Shown in pieces: positions 22,043 through 31,771 of a stretch of DNA of 64,000 nt. A program made the position numbers and the translations under genes. This DNA comes from Alphaproteobacteria bacterium (GTDB taxonomy: Bacteria > Pseudomonadota > Alphaproteobacteria > UBA8317): positions 35,545 through 99,544 of the forward strand of contig JAYPQH010000001.1 of the NCBI GenBank assembly GCA_038131935.1, in the 5' to 3' direction. The stretch's first letter is position 1, and every line of letters begins with the position of its first letter. Below the pieces are notes generated by a model. That model did no database searches. It saw only the letters and a program-made list of their open reading frames with translations, and was not told where the DNA came from.

Positions 22043-23026
22043 ATGGCTCTGAATAACTCCCAAATTTTGGCCTTTATAGCCCTTGGCTTGTTAGCTGTAT
22101 TCCCAGTGGCGGGATTTAATGATTATGTTTTGCACATAGCAATTTCTATCCTTCTTTGGGGTTTTATTTACACCGGTTGGTCCTTGATGGGACGTTTTGG
22201 CTTAACCTCTTTGGGGCATGGGGCCCTGGTGGGTATTGGAGCCTATGTGACCACAATGTTGTGGAATCATATGAATATAACCCCATGGATTGGTCTTCCC
22301 ATTTCAGTGATACTGTCGGTTGTTGTAGCTGTGGCCATTGGTTATCCCTGTTTTCGGCTTAAGATTACAGGACATTACTTTGCATTGGTTACGCTTGCTT
22401 TGGGTGAAGTGGCCTTGTTGCTCATTGTGGCTCTACGTCATTACACCGGAGGCTCGCTTGGGGTGACGCCCAATGGCGCTATTCCAGAGGGATCAACCTA
22501 TTCCCTTTATGCCATGCAATTCACAGATAAGGTGACCTGGTTCTATATTGCTCTTATGGTATGGCTATTGGGTCTTTATGTGTGGCGACAAATTGATAGA
22601 TCAATGATGCGCTACGCATTAGAAGCAGCTAATGAGGAGGAAGATGCGGCTGCCTCTATTGGCATACCTGTGACCAAAACCAAACTTATTGTTACAGCGA
22701 TTTCTGCAGTTTTTGCCGCTGTAGGTGGCTGCCTATATGGTCAGTATCAGCTTTATGTAAACCCTCATACAGTATCCGGGATTGCCGTCTCCTTGAACAT
22801 TGTATTTGCCGTGATTGCCGGGGGTATGAGGGTACCGTTGGGACCGACAATAGGTGCCGCATTTACCCTTCTACTTGCTGAGATTTTACGCCAAAGTTTT
22901 GGCCATGAAATTCATGGGTTGGATGTGATCATATATGGCCTCATGTTGGTCTTTTTCATCATCTACATGCCCCAAGGCCTTGGTGGGGGATTGAATGATT
23001 TGCTAAAAAAACGCGGTTGGATTTAG
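22043..23026 (+). CDS. ABC permease, LivM-like
   Basis: SLGHG, GHYFALVTLA, TGGSLG, MPQGL. Confidence 0.9.
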   Translation: MALNNSQILAFIALGLLAVFPVAGFNDYVLHIAISILLWGFIYTGWSLMGRFGLTSLGHGALVGIGAYVTTMLWNHMNITPWIGLPISVILSVVVAVAIGYPCFRLKITGHYFALVTLALGEVALLLIVALRHYTGGSLGVTPNGAIPEGSTYSLYAMQFTDKVTWFYIALMVWLLGLYVWRQIDRSMMRYALEAANEEEDAAASIGIPVTKTKLIVTAISAVFAAVGGCLYGQYQLYVNPHTVSGIAVSLNIVFAVIAGGMRVPLGPTIGAAFTLLLAEILRQSFGHEIHGLDVIIYGLMLVFFIIYMPQGLGGGLNDLLKKRGWI

Positions 23027-23067
23027 ACGACCATTGTAGATTTTCGACAGGGCAACAACAGATCTAT

Positions 23068-23817
23068 TTACCCTGTCGAGACAAGTTCGCAACTGACATT
23101 GCGGCAGTCCATTTCGAACTCAAGGCCATTAACTGGTGGATGAGCAAGGTGCCAGGTTAGGCCCTGTTTGCGCGCCCTCTGCATGTCAGGTTCATTATTG
23201 AATACGTGATAAGGATCATGGACTGTATACATTTGTGCCGTGACCACGCGGTCCCAAGCCTGACCAAGTCCATGTAACCGCGCTGCCATGACATCAAGAA
23301 CAAATCTAGCTTTTTGTGCGATGGCATCTGGATCGGTTCGTCCTGGACAAATAGCATTTCCAGCATAGTCTCCGGTACCCTCAGGGGCTTCCCCACTGCC
23401 AGCCACCACAAAGTCACCTCCTATGGCATTTGGTTTTGGTACCGCGTAGGTGAAGGCATAAAAGGATGGGCTTTTGGGTGGGTTATCAATAGGACATACA
23501 TTTGACCGCGCGATAGGGTTATCGTCACCTTTCATTACCCCCATTCTCTTAAAACATCTGCATATAACTTTATTGAAGTCATAAAACCCAACTTCACTAA
23601 ATGGTTTGGGTGAGCGCATTTCACAGGCACAAAAAGCTGTAAGGGGTAAGCCCAAACCTTTGAGATGATCCTGAATATGTGCAAAGCCTTGTTCCATAGG
23701 AAGACAATCTAGAAATTGAACCCTTACCAATTCATATCCTGGCATACTCACCACACCAGCAGAATATTGCATCACACCTGGTAGGTAGGCATAGCCATGG
23801 GTTGTCTCCCGTTTCAT
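23068..23817 (-). CDS. CnbZ-like deaminase (2-amino-5-chloromuconate deaminase family)
   Basis: GYAYLPGVMQYSAGV, AFCACEMRSP, NPIARSNVCP, FVVAGSGE, PPVNGLEFEMDCR match the CnbZ family as recalled. Confidence 0.75.
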   Translation of the reverse strand: MKRETTHGYAYLPGVMQYSAGVVSMPGYELVRVQFLDCLPMEQGFAHIQDHLKGLGLPLTAFCACEMRSPKPFSEVGFYDFNKVICRCFKRMGVMKGDDNPIARSNVCPIDNPPKSPSFYAFTYAVPKPNAIGGDFVVAGSGEAPEGTGDYAGNAICPGRTDPDAIAQKARFVLDVMAARLHGLGQAWDRVVTAQMYTVHDPYHVFNNEPDMQRARKQGLTWHLAHPPVNGLEFEMDCRNVSCELVSTG

Positions 23818-23900
23818 CAGTTTCTCCTCATCACGCGAACAATCAATCGAATAAATGCTATCGCGATAAAACGTATTTGTGCAAACAATTACCAAACCTT

Positions 23901-23916
23901 AACTTGTTGACAAGTT
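23901..23916. promoter_or_regulatory. Palindromic operator overlapping a TTGACA -35 in the divergent cnbZ-like / lactonase promoter region
   Basis: AACTTGT-TG-ACAAGTT. Confidence 0.55.
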
Positions 23917-24005
23917 GGCAAATAGGAAATGCATTTGAAGATCATTATTATAGTCTAACAAAAACCAAACGAAACTGTATGACCATATGGAGGGTTACCC
24001 ACAGC

Positions 24006-24887
24006 ATGAACGATGAGCATAATACAGCACCTATAACTTGGCATCCATCACCCTCCAAACCACGTATCACACTGCCAGCTGGCGCCACGGATACCCATGT
24101 CCATGTTTTTGGCCCTACCAGAAAATTCCCTTATGACAAAAACAGTAGCTTTCACCCAGGTGATGCCCCAAAAGAACAGCTGTTTACATTACACCAAATG
24201 TTGGGAATTGAATATTGCGTCATTGTGCAGTCTGGGTGCCACGGGTATGACAACTCAGTGGTCGCAGATGCCATGGCAGCAAAACCTGGTCGCTATTTGG
24301 GCATTGCACTATTGCCGCCAGATGTTGAAACGCAGACATTGAAAGCCATGCATAGAAGCGGATTTAGAGGCGTGCGCTTTAATTACATGTCACATCTTGC
24401 ACCTGGCGCTACGGTTGAGGAATTGCGCACACTTGCTCCAAGACTGGCCGACCTTGGCTGGCAGCTTGTAATCCATATGGAAGATAAGTTGATTGGTGAT
24501 ATGGCCGGTATACTTGCTGATCTTCCTGTGAAGGTGGTGATTGATCATATGGGACGCATTGATGCTACCGGTGGAATGGAGCAAAAGCCATTTCAGCAGC
24601 TATTAAAGCTTTTAGATCACAAACATATTTGGGTTAAGGTTTCTGGGAGTGAACGATCTTCTCGGCAAGATCCACCCTTTGCTGATGCGATACCCTTTGC
24701 ACGCAAGCTTGTGGAAAGCTTTCCTGATCACGTTATTTGGGGCACAGATTGGCCACATCCCAATTTTAGAGCAGCCCCCCCAGATGATGGCATGCTTGTT
24801 GATCTACTTGAACAAATTGCTCCTGATCAAAAGTCATTGTATCGTCTCTTGGTGCATAACCCTCATCAATTGTATGATTTTCAATAA
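24006..24887 (+). CDS. Amidohydrolase_2, LigI (2-pyrone-4,6-dicarboxylate lactonase)-like
   Basis: TWHPSPSKPR, DTHVHVFGP, RGVRFN, IDHMGR, WVKVSG, WGTDWPHPN, PDDG. Confidence 0.85.
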   Translation: MNDEHNTAPITWHPSPSKPRITLPAGATDTHVHVFGPTRKFPYDKNSSFHPGDAPKEQLFTLHQMLGIEYCVIVQSGCHGYDNSVVADAMAAKPGRYLGIALLPPDVETQTLKAMHRSGFRGVRFNYMSHLAPGATVEELRTLAPRLADLGWQLVIHMEDKLIGDMAGILADLPVKVVIDHMGRIDATGGMEQKPFQQLLKLLDHKHIWVKVSGSERSSRQDPPFADAIPFARKLVESFPDHVIWGTDWPHPNFRAAPPDDGMLVDLLEQIAPDQKSLYRLLVHNPHQLYDFQ

Positions 24888-24898
24888 GGTTTCATATT

Positions 24899-25699
24899 AT
24901 GCCTGGTCGTCTTGAAGGAAAAATTGCCATTGTAACGGGCGCTGGTTGTGTTGGCCCTGGCTGGGGCAACGGACGCGCGACATGTGTTCGCTTTGCTGAA
25001 GAGGGAGCAACCGTCTTTGCTGTCGATATAGATCTTCAAAGCATGGAAGAGACAATCCAACGGACAAAGGCTACGGCAGGTTTTATCAAACCTTACCAAT
25101 GCAATGTCATGCAGCAAGAATCTGTTGAAAATATGGTTGAAGCATGTTTGGCGGAATTTGGTACCATTGATATTCTTGTGAACAATGTTGGTGGCTCAGC
25201 GAAGGGCGGCCCGGTGGATATGCCTGAAGAGGTTTGGCAACAACAAATAGATTTTAATTTAACATCAGTTTACCGCACTTGCCGCTCTGTTTTGCCTCAT
25301 ATGGTCAAATCTGGTGGCGGTGCAATCATTAACACTGCATCAGCCTCTGGCATCCGCTGGACTGGCTCTGCCCAATCCGCCTATGCCGCAACCAAAGCTG
25401 CCGTTATACAATTTGGCAAAGTGGTGGCAGTAGAATATGGCCCTCAAAATATTCGTGTGAATACCGTTGTGCCAGGTCAACTTCACACACCAATGGTGGA
25501 AGCAAGGCTTGCAGGACAACGCATGGGTGGTGACGTTGACGCCCTTCTGAATTCTCGCCTCAAACGTATACCATTAGGGTTTATGGGAGATGGCCGAGAC
25601 ACAGCCAATGCAGTGCTATTTTTGGCATCCGATGAAGCACGATTCATCACCGGAACAGAAATTATTGTCGATGGTGGCATGACAGCCCGATGCGATTAA
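24899..25699 (+). CDS. Short-chain dehydrogenase/reductase
   Basis: TGAGCVGPGWGNG, NNVG, YAATK, FITG..VDGG. Confidence 0.92.
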   Translation: MPGRLEGKIAIVTGAGCVGPGWGNGRATCVRFAEEGATVFAVDIDLQSMEETIQRTKATAGFIKPYQCNVMQQESVENMVEACLAEFGTIDILVNNVGGSAKGGPVDMPEEVWQQQIDFNLTSVYRTCRSVLPHMVKSGGGAIINTASASGIRWTGSAQSAYAATKAAVIQFGKVVAVEYGPQNIRVNTVVPGQLHTPMVEARLAGQRMGGDVDALLNSRLKRIPLGFMGDGRDTANAVLFLASDEARFITGTEIIVDGGMTARCD

Positions 25700-25808
25700 A
25701 TGCCAATCATATCATCTGAGCAACGTTGTTTGATCTAAAATAAACTGCCAGTATAAAATTGCTCAGCAACTTATACGTTACAGTTCGATCATCATATGAA
25801 AGATAACC

Positions 25809-26003
25809 ATGCTTAAAAAATTTGTAGAAAATAGAATGCTCAGAATGGCTATTTCCATCTCAATGATTATCACGGCAGGTTATGAAGTTATCCATGAATT
25901 TGATGAAATAGGCGCACATCATGGCATCCTCATTTATGCCAGTATGGAGCTATTGAAGGCTATATCAGAGTCTTATGAAGCCGCAAAAATTGCAACAGAA
26001 TGA
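25809..26003 (+). CDS. Small hydrophobic hypothetical protein with GAHHG motif
   Basis: 64 aa, hydrophobic helices either side of IGAHHG. Confidence 0.55.
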   Translation: MLKKFVENRMLRMAISISMIITAGYEVIHEFDEIGAHHGILIYASMELLKAISESYEAAKIATE

Positions 26004-26082
26004 TACAATCTCACCTTTGAATTTATCAATTGACAGTTGAGAGCTTTATCAACGGGCTTACCCATACAAAGGAGAATGAGAC

Positions 26083-27498
26083 ATGGCTTTATGGGAGAAA
26101 ACAGCAACAGCTCTATCAGAAGACCTCCTCAAGGGTGAGATAACCCCCATCGATGTTCTCGAGACATGTGAACGTCGCATTGGGGAAACTGAACCTCACA
26201 TTAATGCATTGCCAACGCTATGTTTTGAACGGGCGTATCAGCAAGCCAAGTCCTTGATGAAAGACAAGACAAACTTCAGCAAACTTCCTCTTGCTGGTAT
26301 ACCCATTGCAATCAAGGATAATACCGAGGTTGCCGGCGTACGGACAACCTTTGGCTCACCAATCTTCAAAGATTTTGTTCCCAATCATTCTCACCCTCTT
26401 GTCACAAAATTGGAGAATGCTGGCGCCATTATTGTTGGCAAATCCAATTGCCCTGAATTTGCAGCTGGTGGATCAACATTCAATGATGTTTTTGGCCGTA
26501 CGGCTAACCCATGGAATACAAAACTAACCTCTGGAGGATCGACGGGTGGAGGTGCAGCTGCGCTGGCTGCTGGTTCACTTTGGCTTGCTCATGGAACAGA
26601 TCATGCAGGTTCGTTGAGACGCCCTGCTACCTATTGCGGCGTGGTTGGCATGCGCCCATCCCCGGGCCTTGTCACACGAGGGGAAACATTTGGGCTTTAT
26701 AGCCCCGTGAGTACCCACGGACCTATGGCCAGAAATGTTGAAGACATTGCTTTATTATTGGACGCTATGGCTGGATTTTGCCCCTTTGATCCTATGACCT
26801 TTCCTTGTTCTGAGACCCTATTTCGCGAAGCTGTTCGCACACCAAGATTACCGTTAAGGGTAGCTTTCACCTCCAATTTTGGTGGCCTGGTTCCCATGGA
26901 AAGAGAAACCGAAGAAGCCGCCCGAAAGGCGCTTCATTTGCTAGAGGGCTTGGGTGTCGAGGTCGTCGAGGATGCACCCAACACAGATATGATGGATGAT
27001 GTATTCATGATCCTCCGAGGCCAGGAATATGCACGCGATTTTTATGAATTGATCAAAAAACAACCTGAACAGTTAAAAGAAGATATCATTTGGAATACCA
27101 AACAAGGCCTGGCCGCATCAATTGACGATGTTGCAAAAGCTGAGCGCCGGAGGGCTTCTTTTTATCAAGAAACGGTCCGTTTTTTCCAAAATTATGACCT
27201 ATTGATAACCCCAGGCGCCTCAACACCTGCGTTTCCTATTGAGCAAAAAATGCCCCAATCTATCGATGGCCTGCCACTTACGAACTATCTAGGTGCCTCC
27301 CTGATTACAGGCATTCCCACACATATGGGAATGCCTTGTCTCTCGTTACCCACAGGCTTAGACAAGTCTGGACGCCCCTTAGGCCTACAATTGATTGGAG
27401 GCCCCAGGGCGGATGCTGACCTTTTGCGTTTTGCCAAAGCCATGGAAATGGCATTTGGTTTTACAGGCATTCCTCGTCAACCCAACACCCCATCATAA
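26083..27498 (+). CDS. Amidase-signature family enzyme
   Basis: IAIKD, GKSNCPEF, NPWN, GGSTGG, GTDHAGSLRRPA. Confidence 0.92.
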   Translation: MALWEKTATALSEDLLKGEITPIDVLETCERRIGETEPHINALPTLCFERAYQQAKSLMKDKTNFSKLPLAGIPIAIKDNTEVAGVRTTFGSPIFKDFVPNHSHPLVTKLENAGAIIVGKSNCPEFAAGGSTFNDVFGRTANPWNTKLTSGGSTGGGAAALAAGSLWLAHGTDHAGSLRRPATYCGVVGMRPSPGLVTRGETFGLYSPVSTHGPMARNVEDIALLLDAMAGFCPFDPMTFPCSETLFREAVRTPRLPLRVAFTSNFGGLVPMERETEEAARKALHLLEGLGVEVVEDAPNTDMMDDVFMILRGQEYARDFYELIKKQPEQLKEDIIWNTKQGLAASIDDVAKAERRRASFYQETVRFFQNYDLLITPGASTPAFPIEQKMPQSIDGLPLTNYLGASLITGIPTHMGMPCLSLPTGLDKSGRPLGLQLIGGPRADADLLRFAKAMEMAFGFTGIPRQPNTPS

Positions 27499-27592
27499 AG
27501 CCTAAGATGCACGCGTGCATTGTTATTTTTTGGTTGCCTGATGACGAGGCTCGTATAGGATTTAAGTGGGTTTCCATCCATGGGGGTACGTC

Positions 27593-28123
27593 ATGAGTCG
27601 TTTATTTGGTAGTATGAAACAAGTTGGCATCGTTGTCAGGGATATCGACAAGGCCATGCATCATTGGGCGCAGGTTTGTGGTGTGGGACCATGGTTTTAT
27701 ACAGAAAAGCTCCCCCTCACTTCCTTTCAATATGGCGGGGAACATTTTGATGATATTCACCTCTCCATCGCCCTTGCCAATTCAGGCGATATCCAATTGG
27801 AGTTGATCCAACAACGTTGTGACCGCCCAAGTATGTATCGTGATTTTTTAAATGCTGGTCATGAAGGCATGCAACATTGGTCAAGTTGGCCTGAAAATTA
27901 TGATGATCTTTTGGATGCCGCTTTACAAAAGGGCTATCAAATTGGTCATCAGGGTAATTCTCCAAGAGGTCGCTTTGTCTATTTGGCGGCCCAAGATCAT
28001 CCAGGTAGTGTGATAGAGATGGCTGAATTAACGCCCACACGGTCTTCTATTTTCAATGCGGTGAAAGAAGCTGCGCGTGACTGGGATGGCACAGATCCTA
28101 TCCGCTATGCTTGGCCAGAATAA
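27593..28123 (+). CDS. VOC/glyoxalase-like (methylmalonyl-CoA epimerase-like) protein
   Basis: QVGIVVRDI, GVGPW, QLELIQQ, EGMQH, WDGTDPIR. Confidence 0.85.
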   Translation: MSRLFGSMKQVGIVVRDIDKAMHHWAQVCGVGPWFYTEKLPLTSFQYGGEHFDDIHLSIALANSGDIQLELIQQRCDRPSMYRDFLNAGHEGMQHWSSWPENYDDLLDAALQKGYQIGHQGNSPRGRFVYLAAQDHPGSVIEMAELTPTRSSIFNAVKEAARDWDGTDPIRYAWPE

Positions 28124-28148
28124 CCCCAACATGCAATCAACGCCATGA

Positions 28149-29639
28149 ATGGCTGTGCATGATAAATCCAAATATGCAAAACCCCCTGAGGATCAAATGA
28201 ATAAGAATTTTACACCCAACGTCTTAAAAAATAGTGATCAAAATACGCAAAATATGTTGGAGGATGAGGCATCACTTGCTCAAATTTGGTCCGAATTTGC
28301 ATTCAACACCAACGCTGAAACCATCCCGGAAAATGTTAAATCACAAGCCAAATATTTCATTCTGGATGCATTGGGGACAGCATTTGCCTGTCAATCACAA
28401 CCTTTTGTTTCAGCCATATATTCTGGACTTGCGAGCATGCCAGAACCCGCCACCCATTCCATCATTGGCAAACAAACAAAATTGTCTCTTAGAAATGCGG
28501 CCATTATGAATGGCGCCCTTATTCACGGCCTTGATTTTGATGACACCCATTTAAAGGCTGTTGTGCATGGAACGGCCGCAACATTGCCCGGTGTGCTGGT
28601 GATGGGCGAGACATGTGATGCACCCGGCAAAGAGCTTCTAAGGGCGTATATTTTGGGCATGGAACTATGTATCCGGATTGGTATGGCCGCCAACTTTGGG
28701 TTTCATGAAAATGGCATGCATGCCACAGGAATCGTAAGCCATTTTTCTTCTGCGCTCACCAGCGGCCTGCTTTTGGGGCTGTCAGCGGAACACTTAGCCA
28801 TGGCGCTAGGTTTGGTTGGCTCAACGGCACAAGGATCGCAACAATTTGTGGATGATGGAGCATGGAACAAACGCTTTCATCCTGGTTGGGGTGCCGCAGC
28901 AGGTATCACCGCAGCTTATCTGGCAGCATCAGATTTTCGTGCGCCAAAACGCGTATTTGAAGGCCGATATGGCTTGTTCACAAATCTTACATCTGCACAC
29001 ACACAACCGGATATCTCAGCGATAACGAATGATTTAGGCATTGATTGGTCTTTTATCTCCTCAGCTATCAAGCCTTACCCCACATGCCATTTCACCCATG
29101 CGCTGATTGATGCGGCACTTATATTGCGTAAAAATCCTGCTTGTCGCTTAGAACAAATTGAAAGCATTGATATTCACATGCCTGAGGAAGTCATTCCTAT
29201 CATTGCAGAACCCACAGAACGAAAGAAACAGCCCGGCAATGAGTATGACGCTAAATTTTCAGCTCCTTATGTTGTGGCAACGGCACTTCAACGAGGCCAA
29301 TTTGGACTTAAGGAATTGCATGAAGAAGCACTTCGAGATCCCCGCAGTATCGCATTGAGCATGCGCACGTGCTGCATACCACAAAAACAAACAGAGTTTC
29401 CCAAGGTTTACCCAGGGGGCGTCACGATAAAATTCTACGATGGCTCTACCCTATCACATTATGAGCAGATAAACCGCGGTGCTGAAGAACGCGCTTTGAG
29501 TCATCATGAAATATTTGAAAAATTTCTTCAAAATGCCTCTATGTTCCTATCAAACAGACAAGCTCATGATATTGCTGAAATGATTCTACATTTGGAGCAT
29601 ATTTCTGGTGCAGAACTGGCGCGTGCCTTAAGGACATAG
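28149..29639 (+). CDS. MmgE/PrpD family protein
   Basis: NGALIHGLDFDDTH, HATG, KRFHPG, FEGRYG, KPYPTCH, AKFS. Confidence 0.92.
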   Translation: MAVHDKSKYAKPPEDQMNKNFTPNVLKNSDQNTQNMLEDEASLAQIWSEFAFNTNAETIPENVKSQAKYFILDALGTAFACQSQPFVSAIYSGLASMPEPATHSIIGKQTKLSLRNAAIMNGALIHGLDFDDTHLKAVVHGTAATLPGVLVMGETCDAPGKELLRAYILGMELCIRIGMAANFGFHENGMHATGIVSHFSSALTSGLLLGLSAEHLAMALGLVGSTAQGSQQFVDDGAWNKRFHPGWGAAAGITAAYLAASDFRAPKRVFEGRYGLFTNLTSAHTQPDISAITNDLGIDWSFISSAIKPYPTCHFTHALIDAALILRKNPACRLEQIESIDIHMPEEVIPIIAEPTERKKQPGNEYDAKFSAPYVVATALQRGQFGLKELHEEALRDPRSIALSMRTCCIPQKQTEFPKVYPGGVTIKFYDGSTLSHYEQINRGAEERALSHHEIFEKFLQNASMFLSNRQAHDIAEMILHLEHISGAELARALRT

Positions 29640-29658
29640 AAGCCTATCTACCCCCACG

Positions 29659-30558
29659 TCAGGTAAGTGGTTTGCGCTCCTCCACCGTTTGCGCCTCAAT
29701 GTCATAATATCTGTCTAATCCGATAAGATCTTCTACCAATTGACGGGTATCAATCATGGTTTGCGGATCAAGATCTTTTGCATCCCCAAAGGAAAGAACA
29801 TCCTGAAGGGCTTTTTGAACATGATGAAGAGCTGTCAGCATAACCAGTTGCGCATCAATACATCCTTTATAACCCATCTGCTTGAGCTCATTCATGTTAT
29901 ATAGAGGACGATTTTCTCGGTTCCCACGGCTTTGTACATAGATAAGAGGAAGTCTACATGCTTTTGGTGCCTGCCTTGCTTGCTCATCATTTGATGGGAA
30001 CATCAATCCACAATCTGCGCCCAATTCTTGGCACATATTTATGCGTGCCACAGCTTCTTCAAACCCGTCATATCTACAAGCATCTGTGCGCGCGATAATA
30101 ACAAAGTCTGGATCTAACTCATCGCGTGTTTTACACGCCCACGCAATTTTGTCGCGAAACTCTGACCTTGAGATCACATGCGTAACATATTTGTGATAAT
30201 GTGCGCGCTTTGGAAAAAGTTGATCCTCAAGGTGAATACCTGCAATACCAGCGCGAATAAATTCAGCCACCGTACGGGTAACATGTAGGGGTTCACCAAA
30301 ACCTGCACCCGCATCACATAGAACGGGGATGTCTGTGGCTTGCGCTACAGCTGCAGCTGTTTCCACCTGCTCAGTCAAGGTCAACAAAGGCTCACTCACA
30401 GCCCGCGAACCACCTGTTACATAGCCACCAACATATGCTGCTTGCACACCACATTGGGTAACCAGTCGTGCCAATAAGCCATCATAAACCGATGGCAGAT
30501 ACAAAAAACTATCTGGATCAGAGAGCAGTTGCTGTAATTTTTGTCTTTGTGTCATCAT
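29659..30558 (-). CDS. Isocitrate lyase/PEP mutase superfamily enzyme, non-canonical (KRAHYH loop)
   Basis: DAGAGFGEP, HLEDQLFPKR, IIARTD. Confidence 0.88.
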   Translation of the reverse strand: MMTQRQKLQQLLSDPDSFLYLPSVYDGLLARLVTQCGVQAAYVGGYVTGGSRAVSEPLLTLTEQVETAAAVAQATDIPVLCDAGAGFGEPLHVTRTVAEFIRAGIAGIHLEDQLFPKRAHYHKYVTHVISRSEFRDKIAWACKTRDELDPDFVIIARTDACRYDGFEEAVARINMCQELGADCGLMFPSNDEQARQAPKACRLPLIYVQSRGNRENRPLYNMNELKQMGYKGCIDAQLVMLTALHHVQKALQDVLSFGDAKDLDPQTMIDTRQLVEDLIGLDRYYDIEAQTVEERKPLT

Positions 30559-30666
30559 ATTTTGCCCTACGAGATCAAACCTATAGCAAAGGACTTTTCA
30601 TTACATCAAAATGATGCAACCATTTATTCATACGAAACCTCTCCTATGCAACAGCGGTATATTGCC

Positions 30667-31740
30667 ATGTCTCACAAATCATCTCTTACAAACCCTGACA
30701 CACGTTGGATGGGAGGGTCTGCAGCCAACCCTAAAGCAATAACCGGCCCGAGTGCCTGGTATGGGCAAGATCTACAACAAGAGGACTCCTGGATATGGAG
30801 GTTCAACCACCATCACCTAAAAGATATTCATCACGCCCTACAGCAGTTTCACCGCTCAGGTAAATCGGAAAGCGAAATGCAACGAGATGATTTTCCTCTT
30901 CATGAAACAGCATCTTTCCTTCAAGATGTTTTGCATGAATTGGAATATGGCACAGGTTTGGCGCTCCTTCGCGGACTAGATCTTAGCGGATATACATATC
31001 AGGAAATTCGCCAAATTTATTGGGGCATGGGCCTTTATTTGGGCAAGGCTGAATCCCAGAACATCAAAGGTGAATTGATGCAAGAAATCACAGATATGGG
31101 TTTTGATTACACGAAAAGTGAACATCGTGGATCTATGACCGCGGCTGAATTGAGACCTCACTGCGATGTGTGCGACTTGGTTGGCCTTCTGTGCATACGA
31201 GGAGCAAAATCTGGAGGCGTAAGCACATTACGATCTTCCATGACAATATATAATGAAATCTTCCATCACAAACCGCACCTATTGAGCTATTTGCATGAAG
31301 GCTTTTTCTTTGAATTGGACGGCAAAGGACCTACCGGCGCAGCTGATGAAATCACACATCGAATTCCTGTATATAGTTGGCACCAAGGCTACTTGAGTTG
31401 TCGATACAATCAAAAAGCCATCGAAGGTGGCATGATCAAAGCAGGCTTGCCTTTAACAGGAGAGGCCCTTGAAGCCGTTGAGGAAGTTGCTAGACTCGCC
31501 CAAGATCCAAGAATCGTTTTAAATATGGATTTCCAGTCTGGTGACATCCAATTGCTCAACAATTATGTCACGCTGCATGCCCGCACCAAAGTCATTGACC
31601 ATGAAGACCCTGCACGAAAAAGGCTTCTTTTGCGCTTATGGCTTAACCATGATGGCGCACGACCACTTGATGATGATTTTGCCAACAAAACGTTGAACGG
31701 CCCAAGACGAGGTGTTCAACCTCGTGCTGCAACCATCTAA
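30667..31740 (+). CDS. TauD/TfdA-like Fe(II)/2-oxoglutarate dioxygenase; start uncertain
   Basis: HCD (HxD), distal LHART, RLWL. Confidence 0.88.
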   Translation: MSHKSSLTNPDTRWMGGSAANPKAITGPSAWYGQDLQQEDSWIWRFNHHHLKDIHHALQQFHRSGKSESEMQRDDFPLHETASFLQDVLHELEYGTGLALLRGLDLSGYTYQEIRQIYWGMGLYLGKAESQNIKGELMQEITDMGFDYTKSEHRGSMTAAELRPHCDVCDLVGLLCIRGAKSGGVSTLRSSMTIYNEIFHHKPHLLSYLHEGFFFELDGKGPTGAADEITHRIPVYSWHQGYLSCRYNQKAIEGGMIKAGLPLTGEALEAVEEVARLAQDPRIVLNMDFQSGDIQLLNNYVTLHARTKVIDHEDPARKRLLLRLWLNHDGARPLDDDFANKTLNGPRRGVQPRAATI

Positions 31741-31771
31741 AGATCCTTACGAACGAACAGGATATGACGCC

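Noticed and set aside
27507-27520. Perfect palindrome ATGCACGCGTGCAT after the amidase gene
   Set aside because: Single short occurrence; could be a weak terminator, operator or chance.
28149-30558. Methylcitrate cycle (prpD/prpB)
   Set aside because: No prpC, no KRCGH motif, and the PrpD-family protein is of the generic MmgE type.
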